A stretch of DNA of 64,000 nucleotides from an uncultured bacterium (GTDB taxonomy: Bacteria; Krumholzibacteriota; Krumholzibacteriia; LZORAL124-64-63). This document shows positions 30,945 through 41,567 of this stretch, piece by piece; position 1 is the first letter of the stretch; each line of letters begins with the position of its first letter. The position numbers were made by a program, and so were the translations under genes. The notes under the pieces were generated by a model. It searched no databases, was not told the DNA's origin, and saw only the letters and a list, made by a program, of their open reading frames with translations. The stretch spans positions 1 through 64,000 of the forward strand of contig CAVSZB010000005.1 in the NCBI GenBank assembly GCA_963732385.1. Reading direction: 5' to 3'.

Positions 30945-32282
30945 TCACCCCTGCAGCCGCGCCAGCGCCGCGAAGAAGTCCGGGAAGGAGATGCCCACGC
31001 AGGCGTCGTCATCCAGGGTCACCGGCCCGTCGGCCACGAGCGCCGCCACGGCCAGCGACATGGCGACGCGGTGGTCGCCGCAAGTGGCGAGCGCAACGCC
31101 GGGAGCGCGCAACGCACAGGGGCCGCGCACGGCGAAACCGTCGGGCCGCTCCACGAACGGCACGCCGAAGGCGCGCAGCGCCACGCCCATGGCGGCCAGC
31201 CGGTCCGACTCCTTCACGCGCAGCTCGGCGGCGCCGGCGACGGTCGATTCGCCGTCGGCATGGGCGGCCAGCACCGCGAGGATCGGCAGCTCGTCGATCA
31301 GCGACGGCACCTCGTCGGGCGCGATGGCGAAGGGGCGCAGCGGACGGTGCCGCACCGTGATCCCGCCGACCGGCTCCCAGCCGTCGTCGGGGCGCGGGCG
31401 GATGGTGAGGTCGGCGCCCATCCGCCGGATCACGTTCAGGAAGCCGGCGCGGGTCGGGTTGAGCAGGACATCCTCGACCGTGACCGCGGAGCCGGGCACG
31501 AGCAGCGCCGCCGCCAGCAGGAACGCGGCCGACGACGGATCGCCCGGCACCGTCAGGTCGAAGGGGCGCAGCGGGCCGGCCGGACCCGCCGTCAGCGTGG
31601 CGCCACGGTCGGCTGCGTCGAGCGGTGCGCCCATCGCGCGCAGCAGCCACTCGGTGTGATCGCGCGTGGCGCCGCAGCCGGTCAGCGTGACCGGCCCCGC
31701 CGCCGACAGCGCCGCCAGCAGCAGCGCCGACTTCACCTGCGCCGAGGCGACCGGCAGGCGCAAGGCGCCGCCCGCCAGCGCCCGCCCCTCCAGCCGCAGC
31801 GGCAGGCGCCCCGGCTCGCCCAGCCAGGTCACGCCCGCCCCCAGTTCCGCGAGCGGATCGGTCACCCGCGCCATCGGCCGCGCGCGCAGGGAGGCATCGC
31901 CGTCCAGCCGCGCCGTCACGCGCCGCCCAGCCAGCAGCCCCAGCAGCAGGCGGGCGGTCGTGCCGCTGTTGCCGCAGTCGATCGACACCGCCGGCGCGGG
32001 CGGCGCAGACGCCGCGTGCGCCACCGCGCCCACGGCTCGCGCCGACCCCGGAAAGCCTCCCGGCGCCACCGTCACGACGCCGTCGACATGGTCGACCACG
32101 GCGCCGAGCGCCCGCACGGCGTCGAGCGACCGCCGCGTGTCGGCGGCATCGAGCCAGCCGTGCGCGCGGCAGGGGCCCGTCGCCAAAGGCGCCAGCAGGG
32201 CGACCCGGTGGGAGATCGACTTGTCGCCGGGCACGCGCACGCTTCCACGCAGCGGTCCGACCGAAGGAACGAGCCTGCGCAT
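30945..32282 (-). CDS. aroA: 3-phosphoshikimate 1-carboxyvinyltransferase
   Basis: PGDKSISHR, GNSGTT, SAQVKS, RDHTE, LRVKESDR, DHRVAM. Confidence 0.97.
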   Translation of the reverse strand: MRRLVPSVGPLRGSVRVPGDKSISHRVALLAPLATGPCRAHGWLDAADTRRSLDAVRALGAVVDHVDGVVTVAPGGFPGSARAVGAVAHAASAPPAPAVSIDCGNSGTTARLLLGLLAGRRVTARLDGDASLRARPMARVTDPLAELGAGVTWLGEPGRLPLRLEGRALAGGALRLPVASAQVKSALLLAALSAAGPVTLTGCGATRDHTEWLLRAMGAPLDAADRGATLTAGPAGPLRPFDLTVPGDPSSAAFLLAAALLVPGSAVTVEDVLLNPTRAGFLNVIRRMGADLTIRPRPDDGWEPVGGITVRHRPLRPFAIAPDEVPSLIDELPILAVLAAHADGESTVAGAAELRVKESDRLAAMGVALRAFGVPFVERPDGFAVRGPCALRAPGVALATCGDHRVAMSLAVAALVADGPVTLDDDACVGISFPDFFAALARLQG

Positions 32283-32555
32283 GGCGACCTCGTGGCGTTG
32301 GCGGGGCGGAACCGTGGCGGCCGTCGTGCCGAGGTGCCAGGACTAGCAGAGCCGCCCCCGGGGGTCAAGCGACCGGGGCGCCGCTCGCATTTCGGATTGA
32401 CGCTCCTCTTGCCCATGTGCTAACGGTCTTCCTGGGGTCAGAATTCGCATTCCAAGCCGCGCAGCAACCAAGCGCTGTCACTTCAACCGATGTAATGACA
32501 ATACATTGCGGCATCAACGCTGCCGCGTCCGCGGCCACCAACAGGAGGCGTTCCC

Positions 32556-33431
32556 ATGATGAAGCATGCCCGCGTTTTGTTCCTCGGCTGTCTGGCCCTC
32601 GCCCTGCTGTGGAGCAGCTGGGCCGGAGCCCAGGCGCCCACGACCATGGCGTACCAGGGCCGCCTGCTGGCGGCGACGGGAGCGCCCGTCACGGCCGCGA
32701 CGAGCGTCGCCTTCCGCATCTACGCGGCGGCCTCCGGCGGCACGGCCCTCTGGACCGAAACGCGCAGCGTCACGCCCGACGCCAACGGCGTCTTCACCAT
32801 CGATCTGGGCGCGACCACGCCCCTGACCACCACGATCTTCGACGGCACCGTGCGCTACCTGGGTCTCCAGGCGGGCGCCGACGCGGAGATGACGCCGCGT
32901 CAGGCGCTCTCGGCGGTGCCGTACGCCCTGCGCTCGGGCGCGGCGGCGGCGCCGGCGTCGATCGAAGGGGTGGCCAACAACGGCGGCAACATCGACCTGA
33001 TCGCGGGCGCCGGCCTGTCGGTGACGGGCAGCGACGCCGCGAACACCATCACCCTGGGCACGGCGATGGGAGGCATGCATCCGATCGCCTACGGCGTCAT
33101 CAACTCTAACGGCACCATCAACAACGACGGCAGCGCAAACTGGACCGTCACCTGGAACGCGTCGGTCAACGGCTATGAAGTCGCCATCTCGGGGTTCAGC
33201 TTCAATCTCTTCTCAGACCTGGCCTTCGTGCAGGGCATGGGCTACGCCACGGCCCGGATGTACATGACCGACGGCGTCAGCAACCACCTGCTCATCTGCC
33301 CCCGTCTCCACGACGGCACCGTTTCCCAGTTTCTCTGCTGCTTCATCGTCTACGATTTCCCCGGCATGAAGTCGGACAGCAGAGTGGCTGACCTGCCGCC
33401 CGGCATCCTCCAGTCCACGCTGGCACGATAG
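32556..33431 (+). CDS. Secreted hypothetical protein
   Basis: Signal peptide; YQGRL...FRIY...GGTALWTE...PRQALSAVPYA domain; RBS AGGAGG. Confidence 0.75.
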   Translation: MMKHARVLFLGCLALALLWSSWAGAQAPTTMAYQGRLLAATGAPVTAATSVAFRIYAAASGGTALWTETRSVTPDANGVFTIDLGATTPLTTTIFDGTVRYLGLQAGADAEMTPRQALSAVPYALRSGAAAAPASIEGVANNGGNIDLIAGAGLSVTGSDAANTITLGTAMGGMHPIAYGVINSNGTINNDGSANWTVTWNASVNGYEVAISGFSFNLFSDLAFVQGMGYATARMYMTDGVSNHLLICPRLHDGTVSQFLCCFIVYDFPGMKSDSRVADLPPGILQSTLAR

Positions 33432-33440
33432 GAGGCCATC

Positions 33441-35291
33441 ATGCGCAGAGCCTCCCTCATCCTTGGCGTCCTGATCGCGCTTGGGGCCGGCGCATCGCCG
33501 GCCTGGGCCCAGGGCGCCGTGAAGCCCGGCGGCTTCGTCGTCGGCGGCGGCACGGGGTACACCTTGACGCCGGGCGGCCTCCAGCTCGTGGGCGGCACGT
33601 TCGGCGTGGTCGGCGGCCGCGCGACCTCGGCCAGCTACACGGTCGTCGCGGGGAACATGGCGGGAGCGCCCTCGGGTCCGGCCTTCACCGTCTCCCCGGT
33701 GGCTTCGCCGATCCGGGGCCTCGGCGTGACCGTCACGGCCGTGGCCTCCAGCGGGTCGGGTGGCACCCTGGGCCTGACGCTCCGCTACCGCCAGGGCGGT
33801 GAAGACAGCGGCGTGGCCGTGCCGATGACCAGCAGCAACGGAACGACCTTCTCCGCCCAGATCCCGCCGACCGCCGTCACCGTTCGCGGACTCGAGTACC
33901 ACGTCTTCGGGAGCCAGTATGGAGGGATCACGCCGTCCACGCGGTCGAACCCCCAGCCGCTGACGGTGAACCTCGTCAACTTCGCGTACACGACCCAGCC
34001 CGACGCCCAATACCGGCTGATCGGCTTCTCGCACAACGTCAACCCCAGCGGCCTGGCGGACGTCTTCGTGGACGACCTGGGCGACACCAACCAGACGCAG
34101 TGGAAACTGGGGCGTTGGAACGACGCGGAGCAGAAGTACGACAGCTATTACGAAGTCGGCCCGATCAACCGGGGGCGCGGTTACTGGGTCATCGTCCGGG
34201 GCGACCGCGGCGTGGGCGCCAGCGGTACCTCGACAGCCCCTGACACCGTCGTGGGCACGCAGCGCTACACCAAGATCGTCCTGCAGGCGGGCTGGAACCA
34301 GATCGCCAATCCGTGCGCCTTCCTGGTGGACTGGGAGGGGCGTCTCGTGCCGGGCGGCGGCGTCGATGCCGCGCTCTGGTCCTGGAACGGCAGCGGCTAT
34401 GTGCAGTCCACGACGCTATGGCCGTTCGTCGGCTACTGGGTGAACAACACGCAGGCCGCCCCGCGGATGCTGCTGTTGCCGTACGCCGAGACGTCGTTGA
34501 CCGAGGCGAAGGCGGTCGCGGCGACGACCGCGCGCGCCGACCTCTGGCGCCTCGGCCTGCAACTGGCCGCCGGCGACGCCACCGACACCACGACCGAAGT
34601 CGGTCTGGCGGTCGATGCGAGCGACGGCTACGACGTCGCGGACTACGGCAAGCCGCCCTGCCCGCCGGGCCGTTACCTCGCCGTCAGTTCGGTGCTGACG
34701 CAGGTCGGCGCGCGCCCGGTGCGCCTGGCCGGCGACTTCCGCTCGCCCGACGCCGAGGGCTGGCGCTTCCCGCTCCTCGTTCAGGGCAACGTCGGGATGG
34801 CGGCCACGCTGCGGCTGACCGGCCTGCCCGACCTGCCGCCGGAGTACGTGGTCGCGCTCGTCGACCTGAGCACCGGCCAGGCGTACGACCTGCGCGAAGA
34901 CGACGGCCTCATCCTGCCGCTGGTGCCGTCGGCGGCCGGGACCCGCTACGATCTGGTGGTCGGATCGGAGGCGTGGCTGCGCGGCGAGGTGGGCGAAACG
35001 ACGACCATGCCCAAACGCACCGCGCTGCTGCCGAACTACCCCAACCCGTTCAACCCGAGCACGAAGATCGCTTTCGATCTGACCGGGCCGACCTACGTCC
35101 GGCTGGAGATCTTCGACCTGGCCGGGCGGCGCGTGACGACCCTGGTGAACGAGCAGACGCCGGGCGGCCGCCACGTCGCCACGTGGGACGGACGCGACGA
35201 CCGCGGGCGGACGCAGGCCAGCGGGGCGTATTTCTATCGCCTGACCGCGGGCAACGTCATGCTGACCCGTCCGTTGACGATGCTGAAATAG
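33441..35291 (+). CDS. Secreted protein with C-terminal FlgD-Ig/T9SS-like sorting domain
   Basis: Signal peptide; LQAGWNQIANP; C-terminal LLPNYPNPFNPSTKI...WDGRD...SGAYFYRL. Confidence 0.85.
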   Translation: MRRASLILGVLIALGAGASPAWAQGAVKPGGFVVGGGTGYTLTPGGLQLVGGTFGVVGGRATSASYTVVAGNMAGAPSGPAFTVSPVASPIRGLGVTVTAVASSGSGGTLGLTLRYRQGGEDSGVAVPMTSSNGTTFSAQIPPTAVTVRGLEYHVFGSQYGGITPSTRSNPQPLTVNLVNFAYTTQPDAQYRLIGFSHNVNPSGLADVFVDDLGDTNQTQWKLGRWNDAEQKYDSYYEVGPINRGRGYWVIVRGDRGVGASGTSTAPDTVVGTQRYTKIVLQAGWNQIANPCAFLVDWEGRLVPGGGVDAALWSWNGSGYVQSTTLWPFVGYWVNNTQAAPRMLLLPYAETSLTEAKAVAATTARADLWRLGLQLAAGDATDTTTEVGLAVDASDGYDVADYGKPPCPPGRYLAVSSVLTQVGARPVRLAGDFRSPDAEGWRFPLLVQGNVGMAATLRLTGLPDLPPEYVVALVDLSTGQAYDLREDDGLILPLVPSAAGTRYDLVVGSEAWLRGEVGETTTMPKRTALLPNYPNPFNPSTKIAFDLTGPTYVRLEIFDLAGRRVTTLVNEQTPGGRHVATWDGRDDRGRTQASGAYFYRLTAGNVMLTRPLTMLK

Positions 35292-35322
35292 CGACGCGCT
35301 CGCTGCCACGGATAGCACGGAA

Positions 35323-35353
35323 AGAGGGCCTCCTGCGCAGGAGGCCCTCTCTT
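35323..35353. terminator. Bidirectional terminator between convergent transcription units
   Basis: AGAGGGCCTCCT-GCGC-AGGAGGCCCTCT. Confidence 0.8.
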
Positions 35354-35399
35354 GTTGCCGGGGCGCCGCGGGCGCGCGAACCCGACCGGCGAAGGCAGG

Positions 35400-38300
35400 C
35401 TACTGCCCCATATTGGCCGGCAGCCTGAACTGCGCGAAGAAGCCGGGGGCGAACGGGTTGTCGCGGGAGCGCGGCTGCAGGTCGTAGCTGGCCGGCTGGC
35501 TGTGGCCGCTGCCGTCCTCGAGCGCCCACTCCAGCCGGTAGAGGCCGCCGTCCTGGGGCGTGACCGTGGCCGCATCCAGCAGGCGGAAGAGGGACCACAC
35601 CCCTTCCTGTGCGTTCTCGGGCTCCGAACCGTCGCTCAGGTGCAGGGCGATGCGGGCCGCCTGCACGCCCCCCAGGTCCGGCCACTGGTACGGCCACCAC
35701 TTGCGCCCGCCGCTGCCGCTGGAGTACTCGAGCGAGGCGCTGTTGCCGATCTTGAGGCTCGAGTACTGGGCCGGCGGCGTGACCTGGCGCGGCCGGATGT
35801 CGAAGGCGAGCCGCGGTTCGTCGGCGTTCTCGAGGCCGAAGGCGCGGCGGATCGCCGCCGCCGCGTCGAGGGCCAGCTTCAACTCGGCGCCGAGTCCGGC
35901 GTCCCCGCCGCCCGCGCCGCCGCTGCCCGACGCCGCGTACTGGGGCAGTTCGCGGTCCACGAACGTCTTGAGCGTCCCCTTGACCCCGCCGAAGAAGCGC
36001 CCGAACTCGTCGACCGTCACGTCGACCCGGCTCGTGCGGTCGAAGGGATACTTCGACGCCAGCGACCGGTACGGCTCGAGGACCTGCCGCTGCCACGATT
36101 CGTCGAGCCGGCTGAACGACTCGCCCCGGCAGGCCCGCAGGGCGATCTGCGCCGGGCCGCGCAGGTACGCCCGGAGCGCCTCGTTGCTGGCCGTCTCGCC
36201 CCGGCGCGACGACCCGCAGAACCGGTTGGCGATCCCCTGCAGGTGCCCGAAGACGTGGTCCTCGCTCTCGGGCTTCTGGTCGATCTCGCGCGTCATCTCG
36301 AGCGCCCGCCGCCCGGTGTCGCCGGCCCCGCGCAGCTCGGCGAGCTTGGCCGCCAGCTTGGTGAACATTTCGCGGTAGTCGCCCGCCCGGCTCCCCTCCG
36401 GTCCGACGTCGCCCGCCTTCTTCACGAAGGCGCGCAGCGTGGCGAAAGCGGCGTCGATGTCGAGCAGACGGGAGTACGTGACGCGGTCGTCGCCCTTGAG
36501 CTGGCTGTCGAAGTAGACGTTGCGTTCGACCTCCTGCAGCAGGCGGTAGAACGGCGAATCGTCCCGCGCCAGATCCTCGAGGCGGTCGACCGTCTCCATG
36601 AGACCGCCCTGGCGCGACACGGCCACGGCGCTCAGGAAACGGTTCCAGCGCTCGACGTACTCGCGCGCGTACCAGGAGAGGAAACTGGACGGATCGGCAG
36701 CATCGCGTCCGGCTCCCCGCAGGTCCGCCATCAGCCAGGCCGGCAGCGGCTGGTTGCCCGTCCTGGCCAGCGAGGCCCGGATCCGCTCCCAGCCGCCGAG
36801 GGTGAAAGCCCCCTCCACCCGCGGTCCCTCCGACGCACCGTCGGCCGCGACCAGCAGCAGCGGCGCCCCCGGCACCGAGGCCAGCGTGAACGGGCCGGCC
36901 TCGTGACTGGCGGCATCGATCAACGCCGAGAACAGCCGGTCCTCGCGCGACGACGCCTCCCAGAGACCCCGGAGGCGATAGGCCAGGTCGCTCGACGGCG
37001 CCGTGCGCCAGGCCGCCAGATCCTCCTTGTGGGTCCAGGTGTAGGCGACGTGCTGCTGGATCAGCGTCAGCAGTTCGCCGCCCTCCCCGCCGCCGCGGCC
37101 GGTCCACAGACGCCCGAGCTGGCCGGCCAGCAGCGGCGCCTCGCCGAGGGAGGGATCGCAAAGCATCCGGTAGGCGACATACGGCTCGTAGAAGGCGTCC
37201 CATGCTGACCGTGACTCCGGCGCGGCGAGCCGGCGTTCGAGCTCGTCGCGACTGGGCACCAGCAGCGCCCGCGCCAGACCGTCGACGTAGCGACGGCGGG
37301 CCTGCCGGTTGAGTTCGCGCCCCTGGTAGAGGCCGAGTCCGAGGCGGAAGCCGGCGCGCGCGTCGCGCGCGTCGAGCAGCTCCAGCTGCCGGCGCAACGG
37401 GTCGAGCTGCTGCAGCTGGACGCGCAGATCTCCGGGCGAGCGCGGCGTGACCGGATCGGCCCGGTAGTCGAGCGCCACGCGCTGCGTTTCGCGCAACAGC
37501 CGGCGATTGCCCACGAACGACGACAGCATCCAGACGCCGCACAGCAGCAGCCCCAGGCCGGCGGCGGCGGCGCCCAGCAGGTGCATCCTCCGGCCCCGCT
37601 GCGTCGCGCCGGCGGTGGGGCGGGCGATCGCGCGATCGGGGATGATCACGTTCAGGAACAGGTTCGCCAGGAAGCTCGGAGGGGTCTGGCCCGCGCCGGC
37701 GACGGGCCCGCCGCCGCCGCCGCTGGCGAAGTAGAGCCCGCGCAGCAGCGGGCCGTGCTCGAAGCTGCCGGTGGCGAACAGCCCCTTCACGCAGTGCCGC
37801 AGGCGGTCCCGCAGCGCGTGGAACTCCAGCGGGAAGAGGTAGATGCCGCCCAGCGGCTCCGGGCGCAGCTCGCGCACGAGCCGCGGCATCCGCCGCTTCA
37901 GGAGAGTGTGGTACAGGAGCTGGAACTCCTGGTCGAACAGCTTTTCCGGCGTGGTCTGCGCCATCAGGGCGCCGCTGAGCGTCGCGCCCCAGATCTGGTC
38001 GCGCGCCGCCCCCGACAGATCGCCGAAGAACTCCCCGAAGCCGCGGATCAGGTCGATCTTCGTCACCACGACATAGACGGGGAAGACCAGGCGCAGGTCG
38101 CGGCTGAGGTCGTCGAGGCGCCGGCGCAACAGCTGGATCTGCGCCTCCAGCCGCGCGCCGTGGCCCTGGCTGAGCTCCTCGGCGGAGATCGTCACGACGA
38201 CGCCGTTGAGGGCCGGCTGGCGAATCTTGCGGAGCTGTTCGAGAAAGGCGCTCCAGTCCCGCTCCGTGGCCTTGTCCTGCGCGGGATCGGCGAAGCGGTG

Positions 38301-38846
38301 ATCCGCCTCCAGCACGACGGCCTGGTTCGTGAACCACCACTCGCAGTGGCGCGAGCTGCCGATCGCCTTCATGTCGCCCGCCTGCCGACCCGGCACGCGC
38401 AGGCCGGAATGGCGCACGAGCGTGCTCTTGCCCGCGCCGTCGGCGCCCAGCACCATGATCCAGGGCAGGGCATGCAGGGCCGCGCCGCCGGCCACGCCGC
38501 CGGCCACGGAGCTCCGCTTCAGCGCGGCGAGCGCCGCCAGCAGTTCCTGGCGGGCCGCCTCGCGCGAACGCTTCTGGTCGTCGCCGGCGTCGGCCACGCT
38601 GGCGTCCGCCTCGCGGATCAGCGACACCTCGACCTGCTCGGACTGCTTCCGCCGGCGCAGGATCAGCACGAGCTCCACCGCCAGCGCCACGACCACGATC
38701 CCGATGATGAGATAGAGGCGCAGATGGCCGGTGATGCCGAAGCGGCCGCCCAGGCGCAGCAGCAGCGCCACCAGCGCCGCCGCCACGAGCAGGACCACGC
38801 TCTGCGGGTGGAACAGGATCTTGAAGATCTTGGCGATGATGTTCAT
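35400..38846 (-). CDS. tssM: Type VI secretion membrane subunit TssM/IcmF
   Basis: N-terminal TMs, PWIMVLGADGAGKST, CEWWF, LNGVVV, FPVYVVVTKIDL, LRGLYFAS, YPF, WSLFRLLD. Confidence 0.92.
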   Translation of the reverse strand: MNIIAKIFKILFHPQSVVLLVAAALVALLLRLGGRFGITGHLRLYLIIGIVVVALAVELVLILRRRKQSEQVEVSLIREADASVADAGDDQKRSREAARQELLAALAALKRSSVAGGVAGGAALHALPWIMVLGADGAGKSTLVRHSGLRVPGRQAGDMKAIGSSRHCEWWFTNQAVVLEADHRFADPAQDKATERDWSAFLEQLRKIRQPALNGVVVTISAEELSQGHGARLEAQIQLLRRRLDDLSRDLRLVFPVYVVVTKIDLIRGFGEFFGDLSGAARDQIWGATLSGALMAQTTPEKLFDQEFQLLYHTLLKRRMPRLVRELRPEPLGGIYLFPLEFHALRDRLRHCVKGLFATGSFEHGPLLRGLYFASGGGGGPVAGAGQTPPSFLANLFLNVIIPDRAIARPTAGATQRGRRMHLLGAAAAGLGLLLCGVWMLSSFVGNRRLLRETQRVALDYRADPVTPRSPGDLRVQLQQLDPLRRQLELLDARDARAGFRLGLGLYQGRELNRQARRRYVDGLARALLVPSRDELERRLAAPESRSAWDAFYEPYVAYRMLCDPSLGEAPLLAGQLGRLWTGRGGGEGGELLTLIQQHVAYTWTHKEDLAAWRTAPSSDLAYRLRGLWEASSREDRLFSALIDAASHEAGPFTLASVPGAPLLLVAADGASEGPRVEGAFTLGGWERIRASLARTGNQPLPAWLMADLRGAGRDAADPSSFLSWYAREYVERWNRFLSAVAVSRQGGLMETVDRLEDLARDDSPFYRLLQEVERNVYFDSQLKGDDRVTYSRLLDIDAAFATLRAFVKKAGDVGPEGSRAGDYREMFTKLAAKLAELRGAGDTGRRALEMTREIDQKPESEDHVFGHLQGIANRFCGSSRRGETASNEALRAYLRGPAQIALRACRGESFSRLDESWQRQVLEPYRSLASKYPFDRTSRVDVTVDEFGRFFGGVKGTLKTFVDRELPQYAASGSGGAGGGDAGLGAELKLALDAAAAIRRAFGLENADEPRLAFDIRPRQVTPPAQYSSLKIGNSASLEYSSGSGGRKWWPYQWPDLGGVQAARIALHLSDGSEPENAQEGVWSLFRLLDAATVTPQDGGLYRLEWALEDGSGHSQPASYDLQPRSRDNPFAPGFFAQFRLPANMGQ

Positions 38847-38916
38847 GGCCCTCCGCCACGCCCCGGGACGTCCGCTGCGACCGCGCGGCGCCGCCTGCGC
38901 GCCGCGTCGCGCCCTC

Positions 38917-39600
38917 TCAGCGCAGCAGCGCGAGCGCCTTGTGCGCCGCGCCGCCGATCATCAGGCGCAGGATCACGTACAGGACCAGCAGCCCGCCCGC
39001 GCCGCCGGCCACCGCCCACCAGAGCGGGAAGCCGCCCGCTGCGCCCCCCGCCGGGTTGTCGCGTCGCTTGCCGTTGGGCGCGAGCCTGATCTCCCGCCGG
39101 TCGCGCGGGTCGTAGCCCAGCTCGCGGCGGATCTCGTCGACCAGCGGCCGCAACTGCTCGCGCCCCGCCACCCGGTACTGCCCCTCGAAGCCGAGCGTCA
39201 GGCAGAGGTGGTAGATCTCGAGCAGGTCGTGCTTCGCGTCGCCGCCGCGGCGCACCTCGGCGAGGTTCGTGAAGAAGCGCGTGCCGGCGAGCCTGTCGCC
39301 GAACAGCTGATGCTGCAGCGGATTGGCGCGCCACAGTTCGCGGTGGTCCCAGTTCGAGCCGAGGATCGTCTCGTCGATGAAGGCCACCAGCGGGTACTTC
39401 ACGGCCTCGATGTCGTCGCGCCCGAAACCGGCTTCGAGCCCCTCGCGCTCGAGGCCGGCCAGGTGGCTCCTGATGCTCTGGCGCAGCGCATCCTCGCTGC
39501 CGTAGTTGCTGCTGTCGCGCAAAGAGAGGATGACGCCGAACAAACCGGTGGCGAGGTCCTGCAGACTGCGCCGCGGTCGGACCTGCTGCGCCCGTTCCAT
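38917..39600 (-). CDS. tssL: TssL/DotU family protein (no OmpA domain)
   Basis: KYPLVAFIDE, W...PLQ...AGTRFF, EIYHLCLTLGFEGQY, C-terminal TM. Confidence 0.92.
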   Translation of the reverse strand: MERAQQVRPRRSLQDLATGLFGVILSLRDSSNYGSEDALRQSIRSHLAGLEREGLEAGFGRDDIEAVKYPLVAFIDETILGSNWDHRELWRANPLQHQLFGDRLAGTRFFTNLAEVRRGGDAKHDLLEIYHLCLTLGFEGQYRVAGREQLRPLVDEIRRELGYDPRDRREIRLAPNGKRRDNPAGGAAGGFPLWWAVAGGAGGLLVLYVILRLMIGGAAHKALALLR

Positions 39601-39622
39601 GCCGCCACCCCCCTGGCTTCTC

Positions 39623-40978
39623 TTACTGCATGACGACGAGTTCGTAGGTGAGGCCGCACAGGTCGTGGCTGCCGGTGTAGATGGCCAGCGAGCGCCCCTC
39701 CACGATCGTGTCCCAGATCTCGCCCCGGGACTCGAGCTTGAAGTACGTGCGTCCAACCTTCAGCGGGAAATTCCGCGGCGGCACCGGCACGTGGACCGGC
39801 ACCACGCCGGGCGTGGCGGTCCGCACCAGGAAGTCGATGTTGTGCGGGCTGCCGACGATCACCTGCACCGGGACCTCGTCGCGGACACGCGCCTCCGACA
39901 GTTCGCCGCTCACGCCCAGGAACCACTGGACCGACGGCTCGAACAGACGCTCGTCGGCGCAGGTGCCCACGAGCACCCACTCGTCGCGCGGGGCGAGCGG
40001 GATGGCGGTGACGAGCTGGGGAATGCCCTTCTCGAGCAGTTCGCGGATGGTCCGCTCCAGTTCGCCGAACACCGGGCCGAGGTTCTCGTGCTGGTAGGCC
40101 GGCAGTTCGCGGGGGCTCCGGTCGACCACGAACGTGCAGAGCGCGCCCGCCAGCTGCGCCAGCGTGAGGTACGCCGGCAGCGGGTGGCCGCGCGGATTGC
40201 GCTGGTGGTGCGCCAGCAGAGGGACGAACGAGTTCGCGGTGTGCAGCAGCCAGAAGTGACCCACGTCGGCGGTGCCGAAATCGACCAGCCCGCCCCCGCG
40301 CTGCCGCGTCCCCTCGCTCAGGTAGGCGCTCTTGGTCACCAGCGTCTCGAGCAGGAAGCGCATGATGCCGGGCAGCGGACCGGCTGCCGCGATCGTCAGG
40401 CTCGGCGGCGCATAGTCGCGCGCGAGGATGAACCGGCCGTCGCTGGCGCGTTCGATCTCGGCGATCTTCAGCACGACGTGACCGGCCAGGTTCTCGCCGC
40501 CGAAGGCGAGCTTCAGATTCAGGCGCGAAACGACGATCTCGACCTGCTTGCCGGGGTCGTTCTCGTCGATGACCCGCACCACATCGCCGAGCTGGCGCGT
40601 TTCCGCGGCGCCGGTGCGCTCGGGCAGGCGGCAGAGCGGCACGCCGGCCCGCTCCTCGGGCGTGGCCAGGAACACCTCGAACCGCGTCTGGTCGGGACCG
40701 AACGCCTCGTTGAGCGGCCGACTGGGCGGCAGCGGGTCGACGGCGGGCGCGCGCACGATGCCGCCGTCGGGCAGGACGGCGTCCACCTCCAGCAGGGTCA
40801 GGCGGCCGTTGCCCAGCGCCTCGGTATCGATCTGCAGCGAGCGGACGCCCCAGGCGAACGGGATCAGGGCGTCCTGCCGGAACTGGATCTCGCCGAGCAG
40901 GGCGCGATCCGCCTGCTGGAAATGCTGAGGGCCGAGAAACATGCCCTCCTGCCAGACGACGCGGTTGTGACGGCTCAT
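39623..40978 (-). CDS. tssK: Type VI secretion baseplate connector TssK
   Basis: VVWQEGMFLGPQHFQQ, WGV, LPDG, YAPPSL, YQHENL. Confidence 0.93.
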   Translation of the reverse strand: MSRHNRVVWQEGMFLGPQHFQQADRALLGEIQFRQDALIPFAWGVRSLQIDTEALGNGRLTLLEVDAVLPDGGIVRAPAVDPLPPSRPLNEAFGPDQTRFEVFLATPEERAGVPLCRLPERTGAAETRQLGDVVRVIDENDPGKQVEIVVSRLNLKLAFGGENLAGHVVLKIAEIERASDGRFILARDYAPPSLTIAAAGPLPGIMRFLLETLVTKSAYLSEGTRQRGGGLVDFGTADVGHFWLLHTANSFVPLLAHHQRNPRGHPLPAYLTLAQLAGALCTFVVDRSPRELPAYQHENLGPVFGELERTIRELLEKGIPQLVTAIPLAPRDEWVLVGTCADERLFEPSVQWFLGVSGELSEARVRDEVPVQVIVGSPHNIDFLVRTATPGVVPVHVPVPPRNFPLKVGRTYFKLESRGEIWDTIVEGRSLAIYTGSHDLCGLTYELVVMQ

Positions 40979-41009
40979 GATCGCTGCGGCCCCTTCGTTG
41001 TCCGCCCGC

Positions 41010-41486
41010 TCACGACTTGTCCGCGGTCAGGCAGAGCTTCTCCAGGCGGATGGCGATCCGGGCGGAACCGCCCTCGAGCCTGACCACCTTTTTCCAGCAC
41101 CCCGAACGGTGATCGCAGAAATCCGCCACCACGCCGACGGCCGTCACCCCCTTGCCGCGCGCCAGCTCGAAGATCTGCGCCGGCTCGCCCGGCATGACGG
41201 TCAGCTCCCTGACCGACGCCACGGCCTCGCCCAATGCCCGGCCCCGGTCGTCCCAGAGCCGGTCGAAGGCCGCTTCGCCGAACGCCTCCGCGTCGCGCAG
41301 GCTGTAGATGCGCACGACCACGGCATGATCGGCCGGATCGTCGCACGAGTTCAGGCGGGCCGCCCCCACCACGCTGAAGGCATCCCTGGCGGCGCCGCCC
41401 AGCCCCAGCATGCTGCATCCGCTGACGCCCACGGCCAGGCCCAGGAGCGTCCCCAGCGCCAGCGCCCTACCGATTCTGACCGACAT
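41010..41486 (-). CDS. tssJ: Type VI secretion lipoprotein TssJ
   Basis: Lipobox VSGC; LN...VVVRIYSLRD...F; GVVADF; immediately upstream of tssK. Confidence 0.85.
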   Translation of the reverse strand: MSVRIGRALALGTLLGLAVGVSGCSMLGLGGAARDAFSVVGAARLNSCDDPADHAVVVRIYSLRDAEAFGEAAFDRLWDDRGRALGEAVASVRELTVMPGEPAQIFELARGKGVTAVGVVADFCDHRSGCWKKVVRLEGGSARIAIRLEKLCLTADKS

Positions 41487-41567
41487 CTTCGACTCCTTCG
41501 TGCGCAGCCGCTGCGGGAAGGGCCGGCGCGCGGTCCGTATGACCGGCGCGGCCTCGCCGCGCCAGAC

